A DNA stretch of 61,722 nt, counting the filler, from Chiloscyllium plagiosum (Eukaryota): the NCBI RefSeq assembly GCF_004010195.1. It is 5 parts of one record of this genome, joined end to end, with 100 filler letters (N's around TTAATTAATTAA, not from the genome) between each part and the next. Parts side by side here need not be neighbours in the genome. Positions count along the whole stretch, not along the records: positions 57,310 to 61,722 come from NC_057717.1; 4 more parts are not named here. The stretch is one strand, 5' to 3'. How positions within the stretch are numbered: the stretch's first letter is position 1; every line of letters starts with the position of its first letter. The position numbers and the translations under genes were made by a program. This document shows positions 60,365 through 61,722 of the stretch, piece by piece. The notes under the pieces were generated by a model. That model did no database searches. It was given only the letters and a program-made list of their open reading frames with translations, and was not told the DNA's origin.

Positions 60365-61419
60365 TGAGTATAGTGATCCACCTATGAATCCCTTCCAAAA
60401 CAAAACCTCTCTCCGACTGCTGCACCTAGCAATATAGCATTGCTCGGGAAATGACCATACAACAGTTCAGCACTTCCATATCACTGACTTTTCCAAGGAA
60501 AAATCGTATACCAATAATAATTAGCACAATCAGATTAATTGTGTCCCTAGATTATTCCGATTTGGTTGTATACTTTATCTTTTGGAAACAAACATAAAAG
60601 ACATGGAGAAAGGGAAATTTATCCTTATCATCTAAACAAATAAACAAAAACAAAGAAAGCGTTTCCCATTCTCTGGCAAAACTCATAACGTCACGATTTC
60701 TCAACACTTTCCAGTCTATGCGTCTCATTCAATCATAAAGAGTTTTACGCATGAGCTGAACTCTTTCCCTTTTGCATGATTATATGACATGCTCACTTCT
60801 GCGTCAAACCTTAACATGTGTGTGATTACTGCTGTTGTTTTGTGATATGGTGTTGGACCATCAACCAGAGAGACGAATGGATCTTCCTATCTGGTCAATT
60901 GACCACTTATTCAATGCTAGCAACAGGTCTTGTTCAGGATTCTCCTCCTTGTATAATAACATTGAAACAATTCAAGATGCAGACAAGAAAACGTTGCATC
61001 TTATGAAATCTCATTTGCTACCATCAAAAATATTCCAGTTTAGTACGACTGATATACCATTTGCAACCATTCGTCCTTCAAAAATGTCCTGCTGTCTCTC
61101 ACAATCATTTCCCTCCCCCATTACTGCACCTTTGGCATCAGTTTTGGAACGGAAGAGATCTGTACTGATGCGACACTCTCTACCTGAAATAATCTGGACC
61201 CAGTGTTCTAGCGAAAAGGACTGTCACTAGTATATTAAACTCGTGAGTCAGGGGGAAGGGAAGGGGAAAACGACATGGAGCATCGTGCCAAATAAAAAGG
61301 AAAACAACAAGTTACCACTTGTGTAGGAGAGTCAAATGACATGGCACACCATGAAAGAAATGAGAAGGAAGGATAACTCAGGATATAATTGTTGGAGATG
61401 TTGGAATTCATAAAGGGGA

Positions 61420-61722
61420 TACAAAAATAAGCATAAGGGAACTTTTACCTGAATGTTCATAACATTCGTAACAATTTAGATGAGTAAACAGCACAAATTA
61501 TCACGAATGATTATGATTGAGCAGCCATTGCGGAGACATGGTTGAAGGATGTTCATGACTGGAAGTTAAATGAGCAGAGTTTTCAGACTATTTGGAAGAA
61601 CGTTTAAGAGAGATCACGTGGCTCTGATATTTCAGAACCACATCAGGATGGAGCTGAGACGTGATATAGGTTCTATGGAGAATGATTTTTGAATCCATTT
61701 GGGTCGAAATTAGAAATTCGAA
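61420..61722 (+). mobile_element. Degenerate CR1 endonuclease start
   Basis: YLNVHNIRNNLDE..YD.AAIAETWL..DW.LN motif. Confidence 0.75.

Noticed and set aside
60835..61230. 131-aa ORF
   Set aside because: No recognisable domain or splice pattern; the opposite strand looks like decayed LINE endonuclease sequence.

Overview
Vertebrate genomic DNA, almost certainly from a cartilaginous fish (shark). This is inferred from HE1-type SINEs, HER1/CR1 LINEs and Penelope-type ends. Most of the window is decayed transposable elements (CR1, Rex1/Babar, Penelope, Gypsy, Harbinger, SINEs) plus minisatellites. It is built from five pieces joined by artificial 100-nt linkers (44 N + TTAATTAATTAA + 44 N). The only host-gene sequence I can support is three paralogous first coding exons of a GPR139/GPR142-like class A GPCR: 10227-10401 (+), 24141-24282 (+, dead splice donor) and 32469-32769 (-). 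Each has a conserved TATA-containing upstream block and a different number of a 42-bp (14-aa) repeat that contains the start codon. I found no second (7TM-body) exon in the sequenced bases. Two of the exons lie in an ~11-13 kb segmental duplication that appears inverted here (14140-24835 vs 31916-44809). Other notable items are minimal hammerhead-ribozyme motifs in Penelope ends, a palindromic Penelope mini-insert with a 14-bp target-site duplication (TSD), and a 6-kb G-rich 41-bp satellite. All family calls are by eye from motif recognition, and repeat boundaries are approximate.
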